A DNA stretch of 64,000 bases from Candidatus Woesearchaeota archaeon (GTDB lineage Archaea; Nanobdellota; Nanobdellia; Woesearchaeales; WJKL01): contig JAZGHU010000015.1 of assembly GCA_036481345.1 (NCBI GenBank), positions 3,315 to 67,314 of the forward strand. Direction: 5' to 3'. The notes below the pieces were generated by a model. It saw only the letters and a list, made by a program, of their open reading frames with translations. It was not told the DNA's origin and did no database searches. This document shows positions 39,553 to 49,272 of the stretch, in pieces; the first letter of the stretch is position 1, and each line of letters opens with the position of its first letter. The translations under genes and the position numbers were made by a program.

Positions 39553-40173
39553 TTGAGTATGGTAGATGTTAAAGAAAGATTAGAACAAGGATATATTCAA
39601 TCAAAAGTGATTGTTGAATTAGTTGGAAAGCCCAAAGAATATGTTGAGAAAACACTTAATGAATATGTAGATCATCTTAAGAAAAGAGAAAATGTAGATA
39701 TAGTTTCAGTTGATTTTAATGAGCCAAAAGAAGTTGAAGGAGAGCAGCAGGGATTGTTTGCTGCTTTTGTTGAAATTGAATTATTAACCAAGGATATTCC
39801 TGCATTGATTCTATTTTGTTTTGATTATATGCCAAGTTCTATTGAGATTATTGCTCCTGAAGAATTTAGGATGAAGAGTAGGGATATAACTAACATCATG
39901 AATGATCTGCAAGGCAAATTGCATAAACTAGATATGGGTGTTAAGCAGCTGACTAATGAGAATCAGTTTTTGAAGAAGAACATTTATTCTTTGTCAACAA
40001 ATATTGTTTCATTAGCATTGAAGGTTGGAGTCAAAAAAGTTAAAGGTTTGGCTAAATTAACTGGAATGCCTGAGAAACATATGGAAGATTTCTTGGAAAG
40101 CTTGATTAAGAAAAAATTTGTAAAAAAAGAAGGTGAGGATTACATTTGGATTAAAGATGAACGAAAAGAATAG
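39553..40173 (+). CDS. hypothetical protein encoded immediately upstream of scpB and overlapping it (not ScpA-like)
   Basis: 206 aa with a winged-helix-like C-terminus; the 3' end overlaps the scpB start. Confidence 0.3.
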   Translation: MSMVDVKERLEQGYIQSKVIVELVGKPKEYVEKTLNEYVDHLKKRENVDIVSVDFNEPKEVEGEQQGLFAAFVEIELLTKDIPALILFCFDYMPSSIEIIAPEEFRMKSRDITNIMNDLQGKLHKLDMGVKQLTNENQFLKKNIYSLSTNIVSLALKVGVKKVKGLAKLTGMPEKHMEDFLESLIKKKFVKKEGEDYIWIKDERKE

Positions 40174-40954
40174 AATTGAAGCATTACTGTTTACTGTTGC
40201 AAAGAGGATAAGTTTAGATGAGATTTCTAAAATTACTGGAATAAGAGATATTGATAAGATCAAGAATGCTTTGAATGAATTGAAGATGGATTATGAAGCT
40301 AAAGGCAGTTCTATGACTTTGAATGATGAAGGAGAAGGTTATTGGAAGATGACTGTCAAAGACCATTATATGCCAATGGTGAGGAAAGTTGTTAGTCAAA
40401 TGGAGATAGACCGGCCTTTGATGGAGACTCTTGCTGTTATTGCATGGAAATATCCAGTACTACAGGCAGATGTTGTTAAGATAAGGCATAACAAAGCATA
40501 TGATCATTTGAAAAGACTTGAAGAATTAGGATTTATTACAAGAGTTAAGTATGGAAGAACTAACAAGTTGACTTTGACTTCTAAGTTTTTTGAGTATTTT
40601 GATTTGCCTTCAAAAGAGCAGGCAAAAGAAGTGTTTAAGAATGTTGTTCCTGAAAAGATTAGAGAGAAGGTAGAGAAAACTGAAGCAGAGATTGATGAGG
40701 CTGAGAAAAAGTTAGAAGAAGCTAAGAGAAAGAAAGAAGAGATGAAGAAAGAAGCTGATAAAAGCAAAACAGAAGGACCTCCTGTTGATCCTACAAGTCA
40801 AGATCCTGAGCCCAAACCAGATGAAGGCCCGGCACCAGTTCCTGAAGTTGAAGAATTAAAAGAAATGCAAAAGGAAGAAGATAAAGAATTAGAGAAAACA
40901 GAGAAAGCAGTTGAAGATTTGGATAAAGAAGAAGATAAAAAATTTTATGATTAA
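40157..40954 (+). CDS. scpB: segregation and condensation protein B (ScpB) with acidic/K-rich C-terminal tail
   Basis: EALLF...L tandem winged-helix ScpB pattern; start chosen at MNEKNRIEALLF. Confidence 0.6.
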   Translation: MNEKNRIEALLFTVAKRISLDEISKITGIRDIDKIKNALNELKMDYEAKGSSMTLNDEGEGYWKMTVKDHYMPMVRKVVSQMEIDRPLMETLAVIAWKYPVLQADVVKIRHNKAYDHLKRLEELGFITRVKYGRTNKLTLTSKFFEYFDLPSKEQAKEVFKNVVPEKIREKVEKTEAEIDEAEKKLEEAKRKKEEMKKEADKSKTEGPPVDPTSQDPEPKPDEGPAPVPEVEELKEMQKEEDKELEKTEKAVEDLDKEEDKKFYD

Positions 40955-40955
40955 G

Positions 40956-41102
40956 ATGTTTCTAATTAAATGCCCTAAATGCAAACAGAATATGAAGTAT
41001 CAAGTGATGAAAGGATTGGTTGCAGGGAAAAGTAAAAGATGTGTTTATTGCGGCAGAAGTTTTCAGGTTAAAGAGAATATTGTTAAGAAAGTCAAAAATT
41101 AG
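40956..41102 (+). CDS. small zinc-ribbon protein
   Basis: CPKC...CVYC, 48 aa, start at MFLIKCPKC. Confidence 0.3.
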   Translation: MFLIKCPKCKQNMKYQVMKGLVAGKSKRCVYCGRSFQVKENIVKKVKN

Positions 41103-41159
41103 CTAAAATTGCGAATTCTGGTAGTACAGGGGCTGAGAAGGTCGAATTCATGCGAAAGG

Positions 41160-41167
41160 TTTATAAA
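41160..41167 (+). promoter_or_regulatory. TATA box TTTATAAA about 40 bp upstream of gyrA
   Basis: archaeal TATA consensus with spacing compatible with a short 5' UTR. Confidence 0.3.
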
Positions 41168-41205
41168 GGAAGATAGTTTCTTTTTAATAGGAAATTCTCG
41201 TCAGA

Positions 41206-43689
41206 ATGGAAGAAAAAAAACAAACAAACGAAAAGCGAGACTCTTCGATGCCTCAGAAATCTGAAAAGATTTCAGAGAAACCAAAAGAAAGAGTCATCCA
41301 GCAAGTTATTGAGGATGAGATGAAGAAGTCTTATCTAGATTATTCTATGTCTGTTATTGTTGGGAGGGCTTTGCCTGATGTTAGAGATGGATTGAAGCCA
41401 GTTCATAGAAGAATTCTTTATGCTATGCATAAGATGGGAATGTTTCACAACAAGGCTTCTAAGAAATCCGCAAGAATTGTTGGAGAAGTTTTAGGAAAGT
41501 ATCATCCACATGGTGATACTGCTGTTTATGATTCTTTAGTTAGGATGGCTCAGCCTTGGAGCCTTCGTTATCCTTTGATCAATGGCCAAGGAAATTTTGG
41601 AAGTGTTGATGGTGATAGGGCTGCTGCAATGAGATATACTGAAGCTAAACTTAAGAAGTTAGCTGAAGAGATGCTGAAAGATATTGATAAGAAGACTGTA
41701 AAGTTTGTTCCTAATTTTGATGGAAGTTTGAAAGAGCCTTTTTATCTTCCTGCTAAAGTTCCTAATTTGTTGGTAAACGGAAGTTCTGGAATTGCAGTTG
41801 GAATGGCTACTAATATTCCACCGCATAATTTGAAAGAAGTTGCTGATGCTTGTGTTTATTTAATTGATAATCCTGAAGCTGCTGTTGACGAACTAATGAG
41901 ATATGTTAAAGGTCCTGATTTTCCAACAGCGGGAATTATTTCTGGAGTTAGTGGAATTAAAAGTGCTTATACAACTGGAAGAGGAAGAGTTATTATCAAG
42001 GCTAAGACGCATATTGAAGAAGGAAAGAATCGGAACAAGATTGTTGTTACAGAAATTCCCTATATGGTTAACAAATCTATGTTAGTTGAGGAGATTGCTA
42101 ATCTTGTTAATGCTGGAAAAGTAAAAGGGATTTCAGATTTAAGAGATGAAAGTTCTAGAAAAGGTATGCGTGTTGTTATTACTCTTAGAAAAGATGCTAA
42201 TCAAGATATTGTATTGAATCAGTTGATGAAACATACAAGATTAAAAACAACTTTTGGAATTATAATGCTGGCTTTAGTTGGTGGAGAACCAAAAGTTTTG
42301 AATTTAAAAGATTTGATTCATAATTATATTATTCATAGACAAAGAGTTGTTAGGAGAAGAACTAAGTTTGATTTGAATAAAGCAGAAGATAGAGCGCATA
42401 TTTTAGAAGGTTTACTAATTGCATTAAAAGATATTGATTCTACTGTTAAGATGATCAAGGAGAGTTCTAATGCTGAAGAAGCGAGGAAAGTTTTGATCAG
42501 TAAATTACAGATAACTGAGAAGCAGGCTGTTGCTATCTTAGAAATGAGACTTCAGAGATTGACTGGATTAGAGCAAGAGAAAATAAAGACAGAACATACA
42601 GAATTATTGAAATTAATTGAAGAGTTAAAAACAATACTTGCTGATGAAAATAGAATCTTAAAGATTATTAAGAAAGAATTAGAAGAAATTAAAGAAAATT
42701 ATGGGGATGAAAGGAGAACAGTAATTATTGAAAAAGAAGAAGAAGATGTTGTTGCTGAAGATCTGATCAAGCCAGAGAATGTTGTTATCTCAATTACTCA
42801 TTCAGGATATATTAAAAGACTGCCAATTGATACATATAAATCTCAGAGAAGAGGGGGCAGAGGAGTGATTGCAGCAACTACAAAAGAAGAAGATTTTGTT
42901 GAAGACTTGTTTATTGCAAATACTCATAGCTATGTATTGTTCTTTACAAATAAAGGAAAATTGAAATGGATGAAAGTTTATGAAATTCCTGAAGCAGGAA
43001 GAACTGCAAAAGGAGTTGCTATTGTTAATTTACTTCGTTTAGGAGAGGGAGAGAAGGTAACTGCTTATATCCCTGTAAAAAGTTTAGAAGAAGGATATTT
43101 GTTTATGGCAACTAAGAAAGGAATTGTTAAGAAAACAGCAATGAAAGAATTTTCAAAGCCAAGAAAAGGAGGAATTATTGCTATAGGATTAAAGGAAAAT
43201 GACGAATTAATAAGTGTTAAAAGAACAACTGGAGAAAGTGTGATATTGTTAGCTACTAAAAATGGACAATCTGTTAAATTTGATGAAAAACATGTTAGAA
43301 ATATGGGAAGAAGTGCTAAAGGTGTTAGAGGAATCAAATTGAAAGTGGATGATGCTGTTGTTGGAATGGAGATTGCAAGAGATGAAAGAACATTGTTTAC
43401 AATTACTGAAAATGGTTATGGTAAGAGAACTTTAATATCTGAATATAGATTGATTAATAGAGGAGGAAGTGGAGTAAAAAATATTATTTGTTCAGAAAGA
43501 AATGGAAAAGTTGTTGGAGTTAAATCTGTTAAAGATGAAGATGAATTGATGCTGATAAGCCAGAAAGGCGTTGGAATAAGAGTTCCTGCAAAAGGCATTT
43601 CTGTTATAGGCAGAGCAACACAAGGAGTTAGAATAATGAAGTTAGGAGAAGGAGATAAAGTTGCTGCTGTTGCTAAGGTAGTTGGTTAA
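41206..43689 (+). CDS. gyrA: DNA gyrase subunit A
   Basis: [33 protein letters not shown], active-site Tyr region, C-terminal beta-pinwheel repeats. Confidence 0.9.
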   Translation: MEEKKQTNEKRDSSMPQKSEKISEKPKERVIQQVIEDEMKKSYLDYSMSVIVGRALPDVRDGLKPVHRRILYAMHKMGMFHNKASKKSARIVGEVLGKYHPHGDTAVYDSLVRMAQPWSLRYPLINGQGNFGSVDGDRAAAMRYTEAKLKKLAEEMLKDIDKKTVKFVPNFDGSLKEPFYLPAKVPNLLVNGSSGIAVGMATNIPPHNLKEVADACVYLIDNPEAAVDELMRYVKGPDFPTAGIISGVSGIKSAYTTGRGRVIIKAKTHIEEGKNRNKIVVTEIPYMVNKSMLVEEIANLVNAGKVKGISDLRDESSRKGMRVVITLRKDANQDIVLNQLMKHTRLKTTFGIIMLALVGGEPKVLNLKDLIHNYIIHRQRVVRRRTKFDLNKAEDRAHILEGLLIALKDIDSTVKMIKESSNAEEARKVLISKLQITEKQAVAILEMRLQRLTGLEQEKIKTEHTELLKLIEELKTILADENRILKIIKKELEEIKENYGDERRTVIIEKEEEDVVAEDLIKPENVVISITHSGYIKRLPIDTYKSQRRGGRGVIAATTKEEDFVEDLFIANTHSYVLFFTNKGKLKWMKVYEIPEAGRTAKGVAIVNLLRLGEGEKVTAYIPVKSLEEGYLFMATKKGIVKKTAMKEFSKPRKGGIIAIGLKENDELISVKRTTGESVILLATKNGQSVKFDEKHVRNMGRSAKGVRGIKLKVDDAVVGMEIARDERTLFTITENGYGKRTLISEYRLINRGGSGVKNIICSERNGKVVGVKSVKDEDELMLISQKGVGIRVPAKGISVIGRATQGVRIMKLGEGDKVAAVAKVVG

Positions 43690-44210
43690 AGAATAATTTC
43701 ATCAATAGATTTTCTTTTTAGTGGTTTTGGTTCTTGTGCCGCATAACCTACAGTAATTACATAAGGAACAACATAATCTTTTGGAATATTTAGTACATCT
43801 TTGATTTTATTTTTTTCCATCCATCCAACCCAACAAGTTCCTAATCCAAGTTCTGTGGCTCTTAATACCAAATGATCAGTTGCAATTGTTAAATCTCTGG
43901 CAGCTCTTGATTCATAAGAATCATCAAAACCTTCTTCGAATTTTGCTTTTGGGTATGCTTCTGGATTTGCACAGCAGACTATAATTACTGGCGCTTCATA
44001 TACAAATTCTTGTTTAAATATTTCATTCTCTCGAAGTTTTTCTTTTTGCTGAGAATCTTTTATTACTTTGTATAACCAAGGTTGAGCATTATTTCCAGAA
44101 GGAGCTAATCTCGCTGCTTCTAACATTTCCTTGATAAATTCTTCTGGAACTTCTTTATCTTGATATTTTCTTATACTTCTTCTTTCTTCAATTGCTTGTT
44201 TAACATCCAT
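43686..44210 (-). CDS. nitroreductase-family protein
   Basis: 174-aa NADH/flavin nitroreductase fold motifs. Confidence 0.6.
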   Translation of the reverse strand: MDVKQAIEERRSIRKYQDKEVPEEFIKEMLEAARLAPSGNNAQPWLYKVIKDSQQKEKLRENEIFKQEFVYEAPVIIVCCANPEAYPKAKFEEGFDDSYESRAARDLTIATDHLVLRATELGLGTCWVGWMEKNKIKDVLNIPKDYVVPYVITVGYAAQEPKPLKRKSIDEIIL

Positions 44211-44265
44211 GAATGTGATTAATATTACATTGTTTAAAAACCTAACTTTTTTATAGACTGTTAAG

Positions 44266-45165
44266 TTGTTTTTTCTTATGAAAGCATTAGCTATAAGTTA
44301 TTCTGGAATGGAAGATATTACTCAGCTTGAGATAAAAGAGTTAATTGGGAAAGAAAGTGAAGTTAAAGAGAGTTGTGTTGTGTTTGAATGTTCTGAAGAA
44401 GAGTTAGCAAAGTATTGTTATAAATGTCAGGGGGCTAATAGGGTAATTTTGTTATTAGATGAGTTTAAGATTTCTAAAATTGAAGATTTGGAAAGGATTT
44501 CTAAAATTGATTTTTCTAAGTGGTTAGATAAAAAGAGTTTTGCTGCTCGAAGTTGGGTTGTTGAGAATGAACTTGAAAATTCTGATGTTCAGAAAACAAC
44601 TGGAGATTATGTTGAAGGAAAAGTTGATCTGAAGAATCCAGATGTGACTGTTTTTGTTTATATTTATTCTAATGATTGTTATGTTGGAATTGATTTTTCA
44701 GGAGAAATCAGCAAAAGAGATTATAAGATCCGGCTTTGTAGAGATGATTTGAAAGGAACTATTGCTTATGCTTTGGTTAGATTAAGTGGTTATAGTTCTG
44801 AAAAGAGTTTTTTGAATTTGAATTCTAAAACAGGGACAATTGCAATTGAAGCAGCACTGTTTGGAAGTGGTAAGAGTGTTAATTATTATGATAAAAAGAA
44901 ATTTCCTTTTTTGAAATTCATGGATTATGAATTTGAAGATTCTGATTTGAAAGAAGTTAATGTTTATGCTTCTGATTCTCCTGGTTATTTGAAAGTTATT
45001 TCTACTAATGCAAAAGTTGCTGGTGTTAATATTAAATTTGAAGAAGTTAAAGCAGATTGTGTTGTTAAATACGAAAGAGGGAAAGCAGAAGTTTCTGGGT
45101 TGAAAGAATCAAGAGAAATTAAGCATGGAAAAGAAGTTTTGAAAATAGTAAGTTTTATATCTTAA
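44266..45165 (+). CDS. THUMP-domain protein related to Trm14/RlmL N-terminus, with a degenerate SAM-binding motif
   Basis: R.Y+....L+..IAYALVRLSGY ... then NLNSKTGTIAIEAALFG at the position of the DPMCGSGTIxIEAA motif. Confidence 0.45.
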   Translation: MFFLMKALAISYSGMEDITQLEIKELIGKESEVKESCVVFECSEEELAKYCYKCQGANRVILLLDEFKISKIEDLERISKIDFSKWLDKKSFAARSWVVENELENSDVQKTTGDYVEGKVDLKNPDVTVFVYIYSNDCYVGIDFSGEISKRDYKIRLCRDDLKGTIAYALVRLSGYSSEKSFLNLNSKTGTIAIEAALFGSGKSVNYYDKKKFPFLKFMDYEFEDSDLKEVNVYASDSPGYLKVISTNAKVAGVNIKFEEVKADCVVKYERGKAEVSGLKESREIKHGKEVLKIVSFIS

Positions 45166-45183
45166 GTTAATTTATTTCTTAAT

Positions 45184-45504
45184 ATGAAATCATGGCTTAA
45201 AGGCGGATTGATCACTCTATCTATCTTTGCAATTTGTGCTATAATAACATATGTTGGCACCCTTACTTGTGGGTGGAATCCTGTTGAAGGAAGTGTAGTT
45301 AAAGGGGATCTTTGTAAAAATTTAGTTTTAATGGTGGTGCTTTATTTTATTCCAGGAGTCATTGCATTAATTCTGGGTGGCTTTATGCTTTTGCTGACTG
45401 ATATTATTGGTTTTTATCCTTCTGTAATATCATCATTAATTATATCTTTTTTAATAGGGGCTTTAATAGGCTTAATTGTCGATAAAACAAAATCTAAAAA
45501 ATAG
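45184..45504 (+). CDS. small three-TM membrane protein
   Basis: 106 aa, hydrophobic. Confidence 0.3.
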   Translation: MKSWLKGGLITLSIFAICAIITYVGTLTCGWNPVEGSVVKGDLCKNLVLMVVLYFIPGVIALILGGFMLLLTDIIGFYPSVISSLIISFLIGALIGLIVDKTKSKK

Positions 45505-45540
45505 TAACGTTTTTAAAGCCATAAAAATTGATAATTCTTA

Positions 45541-45861
45541 GGTAGGGGCGTACTTAACTGACGGTGATTTATATCGCTGAGGAAAGTCCACCCACTGAGT
45601 ATGTGTCACTGCTGTTATGGCAGATGGGTAATACCATGGCAATGGGTCAGAAATACACGTCCATGTATCGGGATGAAAATGGCGAAGTTTGTTGCGAAGC
45701 AAACGAGTTAACCCAAAGACTATGTTGCGTGGGAACGGTGAAACCCGAATCCTGACTGGTGCAAGTGTCGTTGAACACGCTAAGTAGAATGTTAAGACAG
45801 TCTGCCCATAGCTTTTAGTTGTGGAGACTGACAAAAGGTGGCTTATCACGCTTCTACCTAC
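45541..45861 (+). ncRNA. rnpB: RNase P RNA (archaeal type)
   Basis: P4 5' strand GAGGAAAGTCC, P4 3' strand ACAAAAGGTGGCTTA, P1 pairing GGTAG/CTACC, local GC far above genome average. Confidence 0.7.
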
Positions 45862-45884
45862 TTTATTATTAAGGTGAAAAAACA

Positions 45885-46055
45885 ATGGCTGAAAAGATGA
45901 GAATGCCTAGCGGCATGGGAGGATTAGTAAGGTATTTTGATGAAGTTAAAAGTAAATTTAATTTTAAGCCTGGGTTAGTTATAGTTCTTTGTGTTGTTGT
46001 GATTATAATCATGATTCTTTTGCATTTGTTTGGCAATAAATTGTTAGGAATATAA
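45885..46055 (+). CDS. secG: preprotein translocase subunit Sec61-beta (archaeal SecG)
   Basis: 56-aa ORF MAEKMRMPSGMGGLVRYFDE... with C-terminal TM. It matches the archaeal Sec61-beta signature and is missing from the ORF track because it is under 60 aa. Confidence 0.6.
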   Translation: MAEKMRMPSGMGGLVRYFDEVKSKFNFKPGLVIVLCVVVIIIMILLHLFGNKLLGI

Positions 46056-46113
46056 TCTAAACTATTTTTTCTAAGACATAAATATTTTTATATTCTTTTT
46101 ATTTGGCAAAAAT

Positions 46114-46677
46114 ATGTATCCAATATCTGTTGATGAATTAGTGGATGTAACTTTTTGGGGGGCTTTTTTCAGAGATCCTAAACATGTTGAAGCAGATCTT
46201 AAAGAAGCCCGAGCTGATAATGTAAGGCACCCTGGTGCTCTAGATGCCCATTACAAAAATAGAGGAGTTTTTGATGACCCTTATAAGTTCACTTTTGTTA
46301 TTGGTGATTATAATCCTGAAACAGGGTTATATACAGCTACAATTGATGATTTCTTTGGAGAGTCTAAAGGTGTTGGGGGGATTTTGCTTAAAGATAGATG
46401 GGATAATACGATTAAGTTTGCAAAAGTGTATTCTATAGGTTCTGATCCTCATGCGAGTTTAACAGCAAACCCTAGTTTGTTCCATGATTCACAAAATTTT
46501 AGAGTGATTGAATGTTCTGGAACTATAGACAAAGAACAAGAAACATCAAACAAAATCGCTGCTCAAGGCAAATATATCTATGGCGCTCCTTGTATGGCTG
46601 GATTTTGGTATATGAGCAATCAAGAAGAAGATGAATTTAGGGATGGGATTATGCAAGGTCTTGTAAAAAAACTTTAA
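46114..46677 (+). CDS. hypothetical protein
   Basis: 187 aa, no recognisable motif, GC slightly above the local mean. Confidence 0.3.
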   Translation: MYPISVDELVDVTFWGAFFRDPKHVEADLKEARADNVRHPGALDAHYKNRGVFDDPYKFTFVIGDYNPETGLYTATIDDFFGESKGVGGILLKDRWDNTIKFAKVYSIGSDPHASLTANPSLFHDSQNFRVIECSGTIDKEQETSNKIAAQGKYIYGAPCMAGFWYMSNQEEDEFRDGIMQGLVKKL

Positions 46678-46718
46678 TGTTAGTTCTTAGAAACCTTTTT
46701 ATACAACTTTAAATTCTT

Positions 46719-47069
46719 ATGATTAAAATGATGCCTGGAATGAATCCAAGAAAGATGCAGCAGATGATGAAGAAGATGGGTATTGCCCAGACTGAGTTAG
46801 ATGCTACTGAAGTTATTATTAAATGCGAAGATAAAGAGATTGTTATTACAAATCCTTCTGTTGCAATAGTTAAAGCAATGGGATCAGAACAATATACCAT
46901 TAGTGGCGATGTTGAAGAAAGAGAATTAGCAGCAGAAGCTCCTGAAATCAATGAAGAAGATGTCAAGACTGTGATGGAACAAGCTAATGTTGATGAAGAA
47001 AAAGCAAAAGAAGCATTAGAAGCTGCAGAAGGAGATATTGCAAAGGCTATAATGGATTTGCAGGGATAA
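46719..47069 (+). CDS. nac: nascent polypeptide-associated complex protein (NAC alpha homologue) with UBA-like C-terminus
   Basis: NAC domain plus C-terminal EEKAKEALEAAEGDIAKAIMDL UBA-like region. Confidence 0.7.
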   Translation: MIKMMPGMNPRKMQQMMKKMGIAQTELDATEVIIKCEDKEIVITNPSVAIVKAMGSEQYTISGDVEERELAAEAPEINEEDVKTVMEQANVDEEKAKEALEAAEGDIAKAIMDLQG

Positions 47070-47100
47070 TTACACAAATTTTTTAAATCAAGTTCTATTA

Positions 47101-47607
47101 GTGTTTTTTGGGGCAATGGAAAGATTTCAAGAACATAGTCAGAAAGCTAAAAGAAACATCAAGATAGCAGATCATATGCTATTGGTTACTTTTCCTTTGA
47201 TTAAGGATACAAAGCTGTTATTGGCAGTGATTGAAAATATCTTCTTAGGATATACAAATGCTGTTGCTGCTATCTTGCATTATGAAAGGCTGTTTAAGAG
47301 GATTCCTCCTTTTCAGGATACTTTTGAAAGCAAAATGAATATGTTTAAGGAGAAAATAGTATTGAAACATAGTATTGATAAGAGCTATGTAGCTGAGGTG
47401 CATGATATACGGGATGTCATAATCCAGCACAGAAAAAGCCCTGTTGAGTTCAAAAGAGGCGATAAGTTTGTTATTTGCTCTGAAAACTATAGAATCAAGA
47501 CAGTTTCAGCAAATGACATCAGAAAATACTTGGATAAGGCAAAGGTATTTATAGAAGTAATGGATAATATTGTGAGAAAAGATGAAGGATTATTTAGACA
47601 AACTTAA
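47101..47607 (+). CDS. hypothetical protein, paralog A upstream of minD
   Basis: N-terminal KRNIKIADHMLLV... helix shared with paralog B. Confidence 0.3.
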   Translation: MFFGAMERFQEHSQKAKRNIKIADHMLLVTFPLIKDTKLLLAVIENIFLGYTNAVAAILHYERLFKRIPPFQDTFESKMNMFKEKIVLKHSIDKSYVAEVHDIRDVIIQHRKSPVEFKRGDKFVICSENYRIKTVSANDIRKYLDKAKVFIEVMDNIVRKDEGLFRQT

Positions 47608-48034
47608 ATCAGAGCTTAAAAGAGCAGACCATTTGTTCTATGTAAGTCTAAAATACACAAGAACTGTTGATGTAATTAGAAGTGTAATTGAAAGACTGAT
47701 TAATGCTTTTGATGTAGGCATGGAAGGATTATTGCAGAAAGTAAAGAGAAGAAGGAAGACATTAGAAGTTCCAGAACAGCCAAGGAAACGAGCAGAAGTT
47801 ACAAAAGAAGTGTTTGCTGATGATCCTCAACTAATCAAGTTTATTGATTTTTATTTAGGATTAAGAGATATAATCCAAGCAAGGTATGATAAGGCGAAAG
47901 AGTATAGAAGAAATGTCAGAATGATAACTTATTTGAATCTTGAAACACCTATGGATGTTAATATTGATTTAGTATTGGAATTTTTTGAAGAAACAAAAAA
48001 GTTTGAAGAGTATGTTATAGAAAAATTAGGATGA
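47582..48034 (+). CDS. hypothetical protein, paralog B, overlapping the minD start
   Basis: LKRADHLFYVSL... aligns to paralog A; the stop overlaps the minD ATG by 4 nt. Confidence 0.3.
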   Translation: MKDYLDKLKSELKRADHLFYVSLKYTRTVDVIRSVIERLINAFDVGMEGLLQKVKRRRKTLEVPEQPRKRAEVTKEVFADDPQLIKFIDFYLGLRDIIQARYDKAKEYRRNVRMITYLNLETPMDVNIDLVLEFFEETKKFEEYVIEKLG

Positions 48035-48729
48035 CAAGATTTATTGCAATTGTTTCTGGAAAAGGAGGGGTAGGAAAAACAACAACCGCAATTAATTTAG
48101 GTGCAGCATTAGCCAATCTTGGAAATGATTCACTTGTTCTTGATGGAAACTTAACAACTCCACATATTGGACTATATCTTGGATTTGCAAATCCCCCTAT
48201 TACATTGCATGAAGTTATCAAAGGAAATTCTAATCTTCAAGAAGCAACTTATTTGCATGCATCTGGAATGAAAGTTATTCCAGGGAGCATAAGATATGAT
48301 ATTTTAGATGACCTAAATTTGAGCAGGATAAAAGGAGTGTTTAAAAAATTAAAAGGTTATGGAGAATCAATCCTTATCGATACTGGTGCAGGATTTACAG
48401 CAGAGAACCAAGCTGTGATGAATGTAGCTGATGAAATTTTAGTTGTTACAAATCCAGAGTTTGCAGCTGTGACTGACGCATTAAAAGTAATAAAGCATGC
48501 AGAAAAACAGAATAAATTAGTTCTCGGAGTTGTGTTGAACAAAGTTGGAGAATTTGATGAGATGTCTGTTGAAAATATAGAAGCAATGCTAAATGTGCCA
48601 ATAATTGGAATGGTTCCTAAAAGTGATGCTGTTAAGAAATCTCAAATAGCTAAACACCCTGTTGTTTATTCTGATCCTGATTCAGATGCTGCTGTTGAGT
48701 TTAAGAAGATTGCAGAAAGGCTTAAATAG
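48031..48729 (+). CDS. minD: MinD-type P-loop ATPase
   Basis: deviant Walker A SGKGGVGKTT. Confidence 0.8.
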   Translation: MTRFIAIVSGKGGVGKTTTAINLGAALANLGNDSLVLDGNLTTPHIGLYLGFANPPITLHEVIKGNSNLQEATYLHASGMKVIPGSIRYDILDDLNLSRIKGVFKKLKGYGESILIDTGAGFTAENQAVMNVADEILVVTNPEFAAVTDALKVIKHAEKQNKLVLGVVLNKVGEFDEMSVENIEAMLNVPIIGMVPKSDAVKKSQIAKHPVVYSDPDSDAAVEFKKIAERLK

Positions 48730-48750
48730 ATAATATACTAAAAAAATAAA

Positions 48751-49272
48751 ATGAAAAAAGAGAGCAAAGTGGAGTTAATGAAAAAAGGATGGAGTAAAGA
48801 TGATATTACAAAAGCAGAAGCGATAATTGGCGGAAGAAATGTTCATGATAAAAGCAAATCAGCCAGTTATATTGATAGAGTTCTATTTTGGGGCATGATC
48901 TTAGTTATGATTGTTGGAAATGCATTGATTGCATTTATTTTGATTCCATTATTACTTGTTTTTGATAAATTGGCTGCAGATATTTTTGTGATGGTTATTG
49001 GATTTGTAGTTGGAGTATTATTTAATTTCTTAATCTGGGATATGGAAGAAAGATTGACTGTAAAACATCATGTGATTGCAGCAACAACTATCCCAGTACT
49101 TGCAATTTTTAATTTGTATATAATTGTAAGAATGTCAAATGCAATCAATGTTGTTTTTGATATAAGTGAAGTAAGAGGGGATCCTTTAACAATTAGTGCA
49201 TTGTATGTTATTGCTTTCTTGCTGCCTTATCTTTGGACTCTGTTTGTTAAGAAGAAGATAAAAAAGTATTAA
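48751..49272 (+). CDS. membrane protein (4 TM)
   Basis: 173 aa, hydrophobic. Confidence 0.3.
   Translation: MKKESKVELMKKGWSKDDITKAEAIIGGRNVHDKSKSASYIDRVLFWGMILVMIVGNALIAFILIPLLLVFDKLAADIFVMVIGFVVGVLFNFLIWDMEERLTVKHHVIAATTIPVLAIFNLYIIVRMSNAINVVFDISEVRGDPLTISALYVIAFLLPYLWTLFVKKKIKKY

Noticed and set aside
39553-40173. Calling the protein upstream of scpB as ScpA
   Set aside because: Its length and sequence do not show the kleisin N-terminal helix or the C-terminal winged-helix pattern of ScpA. It is left as hypothetical.
45538-45885. ORF-track entries 45538..45885 (-) and 45564..45755 (+) proposed as coding regions
   Set aside because: They lie entirely within the RNase P RNA. The region has the P4 hallmark sequences and GC content far above coding background, so these are shadow ORFs.
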